A stretch of DNA of 60,354 bases, the filler included, from Asterionella formosa (taxonomy: Eukaryota): NCBI GenBank assembly GCA_002256025.1. It is 6 parts of 6 records of this genome, joined end to end, with 100 filler letters (N's around TTAATTAATTAA, not from the genome) between each part and the next. Parts side by side here need not be neighbours in the genome. Positions count along the whole stretch, not along the records: positions 1 to 9,997 come from NKIB01009986.1; positions 10,098 to 20,085 come from NKIB01010000.1; 4 more parts are not named here. One strand, 5' to 3'. Positions 1 through 11,092 of the stretch are shown piece by piece. Every line of letters begins with the position of its first letter. Position 1 is the first letter of the stretch. Below the pieces are notes generated by a model that saw nothing but the letters and a program-made list of their open reading frames with translations, was not told where the DNA came from and searched no databases. A program made the position numbers and the translations under genes.

Positions 1-310
1 GGTGTCTGATTCCCCCTTTTTTCATGAAAATACCAGTACTGTAGGTATCGTTTGTTTAATTAATTTTTATTTACTCCGTAGGCAACAGTGAATAGCTAGC
101 TATACTGTATGGCATATATATTATTTACTGTGTTTTGACTCCGCTACCAGGTATCATGGCATAAATTGCAATGTAAAATATGATACATACGCCGGTCTGT
201 ATACTGTAGATATTTGTCTATATGCATACCGGTAGTTCACGTGGGCGCATGCAATCAAAAATAATGTGCAAGAAATAAAATAATCATTTCATTTTTGACA
301 ATCTTCCATC

Positions 311-1264
311 ATGACATTCATGTTTGTAGTATCCTTGCTGTTCCTTCCTTGTCACTCCTTCTTGCTGATACCAATGTATGCTGTTGGTGGTGGTGGTGGT
401 GGTGGTGTTTGTTGGAAGCGACATGAGAGTTTGTTTGCATCTTCAGTGGATGGGAACAACAAAAACAAAAACAACAATGTTGAAGAATTCAATTCGTCAT
501 CCAACCAAAACAATCGTAAACGATTTCAAAAATGGATTCTTTTGGTAGACGATGACGATTCTATTCGAAAAGCTGTTGGTCAATTTTTATTTGATCAAGG
601 ATATCAAGTAACGGCATGTCCAGATGCAACAACAGCACTACAAGTGGCCAAGCAACAACAACAACAACAACAACAATTTCGTGATACTACTACGAATAAC
701 AAAAAATATCCTGATTTGATACTAAGTGATGTACGAATGAGGCCCATGGATGGGATTCAATTCTTAAAAGCCATTCGTGATGATAAGGAATTGCAGCATA
801 TACCAGTTGTACTATTATCTGCCAAGGGATCCACACAAGATCGGATACGCGGATATCAAGCAGGAGCTGATGCATATGTACCAAAACCATTTGATCCACA
901 AGAATTATTGTCCATATGTGAAAATGCAATTGCTAGATTTGATGCATTGAATGGGGATTCAATACAAGTAGATGACTTGGCAAATGATTTGGAAGAAATC
1001 AAAACTATGCTGCTACAACAGGGTGGTCGTGGGGTTGGCAATGGATGGGTGGAAGCAACTAATGTCTTTTTAGCACCAGATGAAAAAAAGTTGCTTGAAT
1101 TGGTGGCCCAAGGATTGACCAACGCCCAAGTTGGTGAGGGACTGGAACTATCAACAAGACGTGTTGGGGACCTGTTGTCAGCATTGTATAAAAAGACTGG
1201 AGTTGCCAATCGTACCGAGTTGGTACGGTGGGCTATTTCCACAGGAAATGTTAAATTAACATGA
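311..1264 (+). CDS. ycf29: NarL/LuxR-family response regulator, Ycf29/Rre1-like, with predicted plastid-targeting presequence
   Basis: Receiver domain is intact (ILLVDDD, PDLILSDVRM phosphoacceptor Asp, VLLSAKG..DRIRGYQAGADAYVPKPFDP). C-terminal LuxR HTH (GLTNAQVG..LELSTRRV..LYKKTGVANRTELVRWA). N-terminal hydrophobic signal ends CHS-F, followed by a low-complexity transit-like stretch. Confidence 0.85.
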   Translation: MTFMFVVSLLFLPCHSFLLIPMYAVGGGGGGGVCWKRHESLFASSVDGNNKNKNNNVEEFNSSSNQNNRKRFQKWILLVDDDDSIRKAVGQFLFDQGYQVTACPDATTALQVAKQQQQQQQQFRDTTTNNKKYPDLILSDVRMRPMDGIQFLKAIRDDKELQHIPVVLLSAKGSTQDRIRGYQAGADAYVPKPFDPQELLSICENAIARFDALNGDSIQVDDLANDLEEIKTMLLQQGGRGVGNGWVEATNVFLAPDEKKLLELVAQGLTNAQVGEGLELSTRRVGDLLSALYKKTGVANRTELVRWAISTGNVKLT

Positions 1265-1558
1265 GCTGTTAAAGTGGATACCGCTATTAACTGTTTTGTG
1301 TGTTCAATATTCAGAACAATTTGGAAATACATTATACTATTTGTTGAGTGTGAGTACATGAAGGAACAAATTGAATGCCAAGTATACTGGGCCGTTGAAC
1401 TCCAATGTTATGATCAAGGAGCCATTAAGGTCTACAATGGATCTCTAATTCCATGTGCTCATATTTCTTCTCAATAGGCATGCTGGGAGCTGAAATCATT
1501 GATTAGAATATCAGCATGGTGTACCATTGGCAATTTGCCAGCGCAACATTTTTCAAAG

Positions 1559-3016
1559 TTAGTCTTCACTACAGCTACTTTCATCAGATGGCTCATCGTC
1601 ACTAAACTCGATTGCCTGTGTTTCCTTAGTAACAGTTCGTGCCACATCAACATTGTTGGCAGCCAAATGTGGACTTAGTCGACACAAGCTAATCAAGACT
1701 GCTTCTTCTGTTCGGATGGTACGACTTCCTTGATACGGGCAAGTGTTGACCCACATATCAAAGAGTTTGTAACTTTGCGACCCAGGGACCTTGAGAGTTT
1801 CATCTGCATCCACACATTCTTCAATCCCCGCCACGCCTCCAAAGACAATCAATGAGTGTTTGAACATTGGTAGGGTAAAGTCCTTGTCATCGACAGTAAC
1901 AGTGCCTCGCTCACTCGTCCCAATTTTCAAATCATACCCATTTTCAAATGGACACTCCTCAAAAACGGCATGGATGGAGGAGGCCAACCGTGTTGTGTAT
2001 CCCCAATACGTCCCATTGAATTCTCTTGGTGCAGAGGGCGATACCACAGTCCCTACTATTTTACCTGTGCTCCCATAAGCGGCAATGTCCAATTCCACAG
2101 TGACACGAACCCCAGCCAGCAGGACTCGATCAATCTCTACAGGTCGATTCTTAATGCCACAATTGACCAACGATCCTCCCTTGACAGTTCCAGTTTTATC
2201 TAAAACAACTCCTTCACGATATTTGCTTCGTTCCTCCGCACGTACATGATGAGGAGAATCCAAGGGACTGAGCAATCCAGTAAATTGTAAATCTGGATGC
2301 ATGGGAAAGAATTGTCGACGCAAATACTGTGGGCATTCACAATATTGCAATACTCGTGCCATGAATGTATGTGGATCCGATCGTTTGAATGTACTTGATG
2401 TGGGGTCTAGCTCCTTGATGGCGTCTTCTTTTTCTTCTTCCGCTACCGCGTATTCTTGTTCCTTATTCGTAGTACGACTTGGATGTTTGTTGTTGTCACG
2501 TGATGGTCTATTGTTGCTTCGATGGTAGCCCCGATGATCTCCATTAGTAGCAGCTAGCTTGTCATCAAAGACAATGACTTCATCCACATGAAAGACAGCA
2601 CAGGCTCGTGCAATTTGTCCCACCAATTGTGTTTTCAATTCTCTAGTTTGACAATTCGAAACCACGGATCCTGGTATGGCAATCGACAATGTTGAATGCC
2701 GTGGTTTGTTCCGACATGGTACAGATTCCATCACTCGACCAAACCGATGAGTACTACTATTAGAAAAAGTTGTTGGTTTATTGTGTTGTTGAAAGTTCCT
2801 TGTTGGTGGGCGGCGGTTAGGAGCATGTTCGTTCGGAGTCGTCGTCGCAGTGGTCGTAGTCGTCGTCGTCGTAGTAGTAGCAGTCTTTTTGCCATTATGA
2901 TCTGGTTGCACCTTGTCAATGACTCGTCTTGGACGAACTCCACCACTCTCCTCAATACGTTTTCGTTTCAATGCCTTGGCTTCCTCCTTTCGCTTCCTTT
3001 TGTTTGCATCTTCCAT
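1559..3016 (-). CDS. SPOUT1: SPOUT-family RNA methyltransferase C9orf114/SPOUT1 (DUF171)
   Basis: Motifs TLSIAIPGS, GQIARA..VF.VDEV, LQY.ECPQYLR, LLSPLDSPHH, YWGY, LIVFGG, NTCPYQGSRTIRTEEA. Likely start is MEDANK at 3016. Confidence 0.9.
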   Translation of the reverse strand: MEDANKRKRKEEAKALKRKRIEESGGVRPRRVIDKVQPDHNGKKTATTTTTTTTTTATTTPNEHAPNRRPPTRNFQQHNKPTTFSNSSTHRFGRVMESVPCRNKPRHSTLSIAIPGSVVSNCQTRELKTQLVGQIARACAVFHVDEVIVFDDKLAATNGDHRGYHRSNNRPSRDNNKHPSRTTNKEQEYAVAEEEKEDAIKELDPTSSTFKRSDPHTFMARVLQYCECPQYLRRQFFPMHPDLQFTGLLSPLDSPHHVRAEERSKYREGVVLDKTGTVKGGSLVNCGIKNRPVEIDRVLLAGVRVTVELDIAAYGSTGKIVGTVVSPSAPREFNGTYWGYTTRLASSIHAVFEECPFENGYDLKIGTSERGTVTVDDKDFTLPMFKHSLIVFGGVAGIEECVDADETLKVPGSQSYKLFDMWVNTCPYQGSRTIRTEEAVLISLCRLSPHLAANNVDVARTVTKETQAIEFSDDEPSDESSCSED

Positions 3017-3924
3017 AATAATGATACTGTTTCTATCCTTGTGTTGTAAGTGAATGAATGAATTGTAATGTATTAACAAATAAAATAAAATAAATAAAAT
3101 AAAATAGTATTACATTTTATCAAAAAGTGATGAAAGCGCCTCCATTGAAAGGTTTTTATATACCGGTGGTATTGGTACTGGTAAATACCGGAGCTAATGT
3201 AATTACCGTATGTTCTTGTTAGGTCTACTCTCAGCAGTGCTGGCAGACAGACGCCCGCAACAAATATTTTCAATAAACTACAGCAGTGGTAAGCAAAATG
3301 ATGGGCAAAACATACACACAATAAAAAGGAATGGCTGAGGTGCAAGAAAGTGTGAGAGGATTAATTACGACGACACGAACGAGGGCAGGACGAGCGGCAA
3401 TTTGCCGTACAAAGGTCCAGACGTGATGTACAGGTATCCATATCTGTACGTGGTTATAGATATCACTCCGTTCTGTATGTTTGCATTGTACCGGTAGGTA
3501 CGAATCGCTCACAGAAAACTGAGTACCAGGTACTATATGTACATGTATACTGATTAGAAAATGACATCCGACAAATAAATACCGGTATTTTAACCACAAT
3601 ACACAGGTAGTTTATACAAAGTAGGAATAACGAGGAATGCAAAATATCTTATAACATATTTAGGCACATGTCACATGGTAATACAACATGCCGGTGGACA
3701 ACTCTTTCCTCATCAGGAGTACCTGGTACTGTACGATACATAAGGCTAAAGAATTACCGGTGTACCGGTATATCAAATCATTTCCCAGACTCATACCGCT
3801 AGCCATATGCATAGTAGTGGTACACATATCATGGATCCTCAGCATTTGTCTTTGCATCAAAAAAAGATTTTTATATCATACATAAACTGAACAATCATCA
3901 TTGCATCCATTTGGCATCGTCAAC

Positions 3925-4809
3925 ATGGCAGGCGACGGCAACGACGATAACAGCGACTCCTTGGTTCACCTCATCCCCACCAATAAGAAAGCAAGAGCAA
4001 CGAAGCTTCGGTTGTTGGGATTTTGTGGAGCTGATGATTCAGTTCATCCACATTTGCTTGGATTGATCAGTCAGGCCTATCCCTTTGTTGAATTCGGTAT
4101 TTTGTTTCGACCGGACAAGGAGGGGACTCCACGGTATGCCTCCAGGGCATGGGTGAATCGCCTCTCCGTCGTGGCGACAGCCCGGATGATGCAACCACAG
4201 CAGCAGCAGCACAATTCCAAGTTCTGTTTGGCAGCACATTTATGTGCAAGCCGTGTCAATGAAGTGTTGGATGGCAATGATGATTTTGTATCCTCACTCA
4301 AGGGACTTGGATTCCAACGAGTACAAATTAATGCTACTGCTGTGAATGGGGTTGATACTTCTCAATTGGGAAAATCAGTAGAACCATTGTTACAATTGAT
4401 CAACAAACACGTCGAATTGGAGTTTATCATTCAACAGAATGAAGAAACGCGACCATTGTGGGAAACCATTCTCGCCAAAACGTCAGCCATGGACGGATCT
4501 TTTCCTCCCAACATGACCATGTTGGTTGATGAGTCCAAGGGGACAGGAACACTCGCAACACGGTGGCCAAGTCCACCACAAGAATTCGATATTGGATATG
4601 CAGGGGGGATTGGACCTGACAACATTATTCAAGTGTTGGAACAGGTGTCTGATGCTGCCAAGGGACGGGATATTTGGATTGATATGGAAAGTTCCTTGCG
4701 GTCCATTAAAAATGACAAGGATGTTTTTGATTTGGACAAGTGCTATGCTGTTATTGATGCTGTGTGTAAAGCGGGATTTCACAGACATCCAAAGTATTTG
4801 CCATCCTGA
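3925..4809 (+). CDS. Phosphoribosylanthranilate isomerase (TrpF)-like TIM-barrel protein of unknown function
   Basis: Intronless ORF with GFCGADD, VEFGIL, AAHLC, FQRVQIN, DESKGTG, GYAGGIGPDNI and WIDMESSLR. These resemble the C-terminal phosphate-binding motifs of TrpF-type barrels. ATG at 3925. Confidence 0.6.
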   Translation: MAGDGNDDNSDSLVHLIPTNKKARATKLRLLGFCGADDSVHPHLLGLISQAYPFVEFGILFRPDKEGTPRYASRAWVNRLSVVATARMMQPQQQQHNSKFCLAAHLCASRVNEVLDGNDDFVSSLKGLGFQRVQINATAVNGVDTSQLGKSVEPLLQLINKHVELEFIIQQNEETRPLWETILAKTSAMDGSFPPNMTMLVDESKGTGTLATRWPSPPQEFDIGYAGGIGPDNIIQVLEQVSDAAKGRDIWIDMESSLRSIKNDKDVFDLDKCYAVIDAVCKAGFHRHPKYLPS

Positions 4810-5002
4810 CGAGTATGAACCCTACAATTATACATAATATTAATTTTTTTACTATTAATATTATTATTATATAATTCGAGGACAGGGTTGCTTTTGTTTG
4901 GTCGCAAGCACGTTTATAAAGGGCAAGTTAGTAGTAGGACGAAGAGATTGAGAATATTTTTTTTATTGCAGTAGGATAATCATTGAGTGCGTGGATGGGT
5001 CA

Positions 5003-6182
5003 TTACAATTGATCAAAACGATCTTCCATGGCTTTTAAATTCCCATCCATTCGTTTGGTCATTTCCATCATGGATTGTTCCAATGATCCAATAGATCCTT
5101 CCATGGATTTCAACGATGATTGAATATTCCTTACATCTTGTTCAGCCCCACTCATCCGTGCAGTCATGGTAGAAGATTGAACATGTAAATGTGCCAATTG
5201 TTCCAATCGATGTGCCAAAAGTGGTAAATGTGCTGAAAGTCCTTCCAATTGAACCAATTCTCGGTGCAATTCAGCAATTACTTTCGAATCAGCAGCAGTA
5301 CTAGAGCTAGTATTCAAAGATGATAGTTTGTTCATGGCCTTGGCAGCACCCTCCAAGTCAGCACTAAAACCATTCATTTGGATATGTGGAAGTTTTGGAA
5401 AGGGGGATAGAAAGCAAATTGTTAGTCAATATACGTGATAGTTACATGGCACCACAAAAACTATTGACTTGGGGTTTTTTGGATCCATCACAACCAAACC
5501 ACTACTGTTAATAATAATCATCACACCCACCCACGCCCACGCACAAATACATACAATATATATGTGTATATATACTTACCGTATCACCTTTGCCTTGATG
5601 GATGCATCGTCCAATGATTTAGCATCCACTTGCTGTACTTTAGCTTCCATTTCCTTCAATCTTTGCATCACAGATTTGTTGTTGTTCTGATGCGTATCAC
5701 CAAGCAATTGTTCCATTTGAATCAATCGTTGTTCTAAAAATGATGAAGCAGGTGAACGTCCATGTCCAGTAGCGCCATATAGTTCATAGACAATTCTAGT
5801 GTTGTCATCCGTGGTGGTTCGTTGGTTTTTGATTTGCTGTTCTTTCAATACATACTGCTCCATCAATTGTACCAAGTCTTCTTGTGGCAACGGCTTTGTC
5901 ATGGCTTCCAGTTTCTGCTGCAATTCTGTTGCGGTGTTTGTCAATTCTTGGTCTGTCGTGTTGTTTGTATTTTGTACCAACAATGCAACTTCCTTCTTCA
6001 ATCGAATCATTGTATCATAGAGAGATTCCTCTTGTTCTTTGGAAAAGAACAAAGTAGCACTATCATTCGTCGTTGTTGAATCCAACAAGAGCTCCTCGTT
6101 ATCCATTCGTGCGACCGAGGCAGGCACAGGAGGACAAGGCAATGGTGGTAATCCATCACTACAGTAAATAGATTCTCCTCCA
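5003..6182 (-). CDS. DCTN2: Dynactin subunit 2 (dynamitin/p50)-like, 5' part lost in N gap
   Basis: Coiled-coil with IVYELY, LEQRL..ME.LLG and LP.L..RL..L..LH. GT-AG intron 5579-5364 (CG|GTAAGT...TTAG|T) joins ORFs 5576-6142 and 5003-5377 in frame (VIR-ADLE). Confidence 0.7.
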
Positions 6183-7177
6183 NNNNNNNNNNNNNNNNNN
6201 NNNNNNNNNNNNNNNNNNNNNNNNNNNNNNNNNNNNNNNNNNNNNNNNNNNNNNNNNNNNNNNNNNNNNNNNNNNNNNNNNNNNNNNNNNNNNNNNNNNN
6301 NNNNNNNNNNNNNNNNNNNNNNNNNNNNNNNNNNNNNNNNNNNNNNNNNNNNNNNNNNNNNNNNNNNNNNNNNNNNNNNNNNNNNNNNNNNNNNNNNNNN
6401 NNNNNNNNNNNNNNNNNNNNNNNNNNNNNNNNNNNNNNNNNNNNNNNNNNNNNNNNNNNNNNNNNNNNNNNNNNNNNNNNNNNNNNNNNNNNNNNNNNNN
6501 NNNNNNNNNNNNNNNNNNNNNNNNNNNNNNNNNNNNNNNNNNNNNNNNNNNNNNNNNNNNNNNNNNNNNNNNNNNNNNNNNNNNNNNNNNNNNNNNNNNN
6601 NNNNNNNNNNNNNNNNNNNNNNNNNNNNNNNNNNNNNNNNNNNNNNNNNNNNNNNNNNNNNNNNNNNNNNNNNNNNNNNNNNNNNNNNNNNNNNNNNNNN
6701 NNNNNNNNNNNNNNNNNNNNNNNNNNNNNNNNNNNNNNNNNNNNNNNNNNNNNNNNNNNNNNNNNNNNNNNNNNNNNNNNNNNNNNNNNNNNNNNNNNNN
6801 NNNNNNNNNNNNNNNNNNNNNNNNNNNNNNNNNNNNNNNNNNNNNNNNNNNNNNNNNNNNNNNNNNNNNNNNNNNNNNNNNNNNNNNNNNNNNNNNNNNN
6901 NNNNNNNNNNNNNNNNNNNNNNNNNNNNNNNNNNNNNNNNNNNNNNNNNNNNNNNNNNNNNNNNNNNNNNNNNNNNNNNNNNNNNNNNNNNNNNNNNNNN
7001 NNNNNNNNNNNNNNNNNNNNNNNNNNNNNNNNNNNNNNNNNNNNNNNNNNNNNNNNNNNNNNNNNNNNNNNNNNNNNNNNNNNNNNNNNNNNNNNNNNNN
7101 NNNNNNNNNNNNNNNNNNNNNNNNNNNNNNNNNNNNNNNNNNNNNNNNNNNNNNNNNNNNNNNNNNNNNNNNNNNNN
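6183..7177. other. Scaffolding gap (~995 N)
   Basis: Run of N. Confidence 1.
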
Positions 7178-7367
7178 CTTGATTACTACATAGCTAGCAA
7201 ACGAGCACCATCAAAATGGCGACGAATGGAATCCATTCGATACTATTTCTGTATACCGGTAATCGCAGCCATTGGCATTTCATCAACAGCATCAGTGCGT
7301 TGCTGTTGAAAGTCCCAGCACACAATCACATAGCCAGATCCACACACGTGCAATCAATCCAATCACA

Positions 7368-8976
7368 ATGAGCGCCGACGACGACACCAAGCAGACAACT
7401 CCATCAACTGAGGAAATCAGTATTGAACTGCCGGGCCCGTCGTCAGTTTTCCTTGAGCCGACAGCAACGGCCAGCGCACCACTCCAAGACTCGGCTGCTG
7501 CTGCTGCTGCTGCTGCTACTACTGACACTGCTACTGTCACTACTACTGCTAGCTCAGAATCCGATCCTTCCGAACTGACTCGTCGCTTGCAGCGACTAGC
7601 TCTAGACCGTCAGAAAGTAAACAGAGGGGACACCCTCAAGGTGATTCAAGACGATGCCGCCTCCCATTTGAGTTCCGTCAAGACCTTCCAAGAACTTAAT
7701 CTACCCCCATATCTACTAGACGCCGTCTTTGCAATGGGTTTTGATAGACCCTCGGCCATTCAAGAAGAAGCGCTTCCCAGAATCCTCGCTGATCCGCCTA
7801 GGAATGTTATTGGACAGGCACAATCTGGTTCCGGCAAAACGGCGGCCTTTTGCTTGGGAATGCTCTATCGCATTGCTATTGATACACCCGCGACGACACA
7901 GTGTTTGTGTGTCACGCCCACTAGAGAACTGGCTGTGCAAATCTTTCAAAAGACCATTTCACCAATGGCAGTAAACATGAAAGGGCTCAAGGTACAGCTG
8001 GCCCTGGCAGGCGAACAATTGGACAAGGGAAAACTTGTCGATGCACATTTGGTGATTGGGACTCCAGGAAAGGTGGTTGATTGGATCAAACGAAAAATCA
8101 TTAATCCAAAAACAATCAAGGTCTTTGTGTTGGATGAAGCTGATGAAATGGTTGGAGAAGGAGGACATCGAGCCAATTCATTGTTGATTAAGAAGCAATT
8201 GACACCAAAATGTCAATGTCTATTCTTTTCAGCAACCTTTCCTCCAGACGTGGTCAAATTTGCGGATAAAATGGTATTCAAGCCAGATAAGATTTTGATT
8301 GAGGCGGGACCAGAATTTTTGGTACGTGTGCATTTCTGTAGCCAGGTGTGCTGGAGAGATAACTGTGGGTGGCACAGTCTACATTATTAGTTGTACTTGG
8401 CTCACATTCAATTTGTTTCAATAAACACAGGTATTGGATGTAATTAAACAACTATGGGTTGATACAAGAGCCTATGATGGTGGGAAGCTTGCCTTCTTGG
8501 GTGACATTTACTCACTTTTGACAATTGGACAAAGTGTTGTCTTTGTAGGAACCAAACGGGATGCAGACATGGTGCATAAAACATTGACCAGCAGTGGCTA
8601 CTCGTGTTCTCTTCTTCACGGCAGTGTCGACAACGCCGAGCGAGACTCCACCATGGAAGCATTTCGTAATGGTGAATCCAATGTTCTTATTACGACCAAC
8701 CTATTGGCCCGTGGTGTTGATGTGGACAATGTATGTCTTGTGGTCAATTATGATGTCCCAGTTGATCGAGATGGCAATCCGGATTTTGAAACATATCTAC
8801 ACAGAATTGGTAGAACTGGCCGTTTTGGACGCAAGGGAACAGCAATTAATCTAATTTCGGATCAACGAGCCCTTGAAGTCTTGGCTTCCATTGAAGCTCA
8901 TTTTTCCAATGGAAAGGAAATGATTGCTAATGCACCAGCAGATCCCGAAGAGCTGGCAGAAATGATTGAAATCTAA
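7368..8976 (+). CDS. DBP5: DEAD-box RNA helicase DBP5/DDX19 (mRNA export), two exons
   Basis: Q motif (F..PSAIQE), AQSGSGKT, PTRELA, GTPG, DEAD, SAT, ARGVD, PDFETYLHRIGRTGRFG. Intron 8322-8430 (TTG|GTACGT...ACAG|GTA) joins the two ORFs in frame. Confidence 0.93.
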
Positions 8977-9429
8977 TGAATGAAGGAAGCACTTTTACAA
9001 TGAGTTGACAAAAACAAATGATCAAGACAAAATACAGTTGAAAGATCAAACTTTAAAAATAGTAATCTAATAAATGTGGAATCATCTGTTATATTGTTTA
9101 CTGTGCATTTCCATATCCTGCTTTGATGACGAGAACAGAAATGGACATGGTCACTCAATGATTATGATTCCAAAACTTCACCGCATTGAATGCAACACTA
9201 CATTGACATACAATCATTCCATCCTACAATCTTCTGGTAACAGATGCAAAACACGTATGGTAAATTCAGTTCGTAGATATTAGGATACTGTTTCGAGAAA
9301 GTCTAGCAAATGAAAAAGATTCCTTGGTGGTAATATGGTGCCGCCATTACATATGCTGATGATGTGTTCTCCCTTTTTCTTTTGTGGAGGTGTCTCTGTA
9401 CACTTTAGAACATTCATCATTCGACCAAA

Positions 9430-9997
9430 CTAATATGGTTGGTCCTCATCATCTTCACCAAATAGTTGTTTGGTGAAACGATCATAGTTGACAGCTCTGA
9501 TTCTAGCCAAATCAAAGCAAAAATCTCCATCCTGCCCGTCCATTAAGGTAATACCAATGTGTTCGATTCGAACGCCGGCATCCAACTTTCGTTGTGTCTC
9601 ACGGACTCTCCCCTGGGCTGTCAAGACAAAACTTTTGAAAGGAATGAATAGTTTGGTAAATTCTCCTCCAGTTTCCACGTTCTTGGCTTGGTCTGTATGG
9701 ATCCCAATGGGTCGTATGCAATACACATACAGATCATCCTCAAAGTACGTGGATATCTTCATGCTGACACTGTAGGGTCGACCATCCGCACGGACTGTCA
9801 GTTCCAAGTGATTGAACCAATTATCAAGGTTATGCCCTTCAAATGGCACGTGCGGAGAAAGGATGGCGCAATACCCTGATCGAATCGCGCGGCTCTTTTC
9901 TCCAACCCTAGTATCCAATGTTCCCCACCATCGAATAAATGGAACAAATCCTCCTTGTTTGTGGTCGTCGTCTTGGTCGATTTCCTCTTTTTCTATT
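9430..9997 (-). CDS. NDUFAF1: Complex I intermediate-associated protein CIA30/NDUFAF1-like, 5'-truncated at scaffold end
   Basis: RSGYCAI, LELTVRADGRPY, IPFKSFVLT..GRVRETQ, IGITLMDG.DGDF..DL..IRAVN match the CIA30 domain. Confidence 0.8.
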
Positions 9998-10097
9998 NNN
10001 NNNNNNNNNNNNNNNNNNNNNNNNNNNNNNNNNNNNNNNNNTTAATTAATTAANNNNNNNNNNNNNNNNNNNNNNNNNNNNNNNNNNNNNNNNNNNN
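9998..10097. other. Artificial scaffold linker N44-TTAATTAATTAA-N44 (also at 20086-20185, 30159-30258, 40227-40326, 50296-50395)
   Basis: Five identical 100-bp spacers with a core that gives stops in all six frames, spaced ~10 kb apart. Confidence 0.98.
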
Positions 10098-10849
10098 ATT
10101 AAATATATGTAGTCAAAAGGGTTACTATTTAAATTACGAGGGCATTTATCACAATTATTAGATGATATAACGAAAAATTATGATCAGATGATCATAATCC
10201 TATGATGCATCATGGAAATATGATGGTTTTTATTTGCAGATGCGGCGAGTTCAGAATGACACTAACAGCAGGGAGAGAGACGCAACATTAGTAAGGCATT
10301 GCTTGGCACAAGATTCAGAAAAGAAGAAGAAAAGGGCAAGACAGGAACAATATACATTGAGCCGAGTAGAGAGAGAAACGTTGGGTCACTGGCATGTAGA
10401 TTAATAGATAGCATTGCTAAATTTGATAGTTAAATTACGATCCGTTTCAATCTATTTTGAACAATGCTTGTGATTAGAATTATGATTATGTTTACGGATG
10501 ATTTACGATAAAACAATTAAAATGACAGCATAGAGTTGAGCTGATTTTAGGATGCCTTGTAGTAATAATTTACATCGGGCAATTACAAAAATTGAAAATA
10601 ATATGAGAAGGTTTTTAATGATGATGAGTAATGTTGTTGATCAGTTTATATACATTGTGTGATGATAATGTTCTTATTATCATTATACTTCAAGGTAGAT
10701 ACAATATTAATAAATTGTAATAGTTATAGGGTACCTTGATCATAATTTTGATCCAAATATTATCATATATACGAAAATCCTGTGCCACTTAGCGTACAAT
10801 ACCCTTGATCCTATATGCATGATACTTTTATTTGCAGACGGATATAGGA

Positions 10850-10955
10850 TCTGGCGAGAAACTTCAGAAAGTAACTTCGGTTTTTAAACTATGCTATAAA
10901 GACTAGAAATTTCGGGGGGAAAAACCGAAGTTCCTTTCTGCAGTTTCTCGCCAGA
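10850..10955. repeat. ~36-bp inverted repeat (hairpin/mini-MITE) with ~34-bp spacer
   Basis: TCTGGCGAGAAACTTCAGAAAGTAACTTCGGTTTTT versus AAAAACCGAAGTTCCTTTCTGCAGTTTCTCGCCAGA, two mismatches. Confidence 0.85.
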
Positions 10956-11092
10956 AGTTAAATACTGATGCTATTTGAAGGTTACCTAAATTCGACAAAA
11001 TCGGCCTTTTCTACGGTCTCCGAAAAATTGGAATCAGAACCACTTAGCGCCGAAACTTCATCATTGGACAGGTAGTCTTTGTAAATTTACCA

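Noticed and set aside
311..4809. Apparent bacterial operon or contaminant (response regulator, SPOUT methylase, TrpF-like)
   Set aside because: Genes alternate strands, carry eukaryotic low-complexity inserts, and share a scaffold with intron-containing DBP5 and dynamitin.
10042..10053. TTAATTAATTAA palindrome recurring every ~10 kb
   Set aside because: Embedded in fixed N runs; an artificial six-frame-stop linker, not biological.
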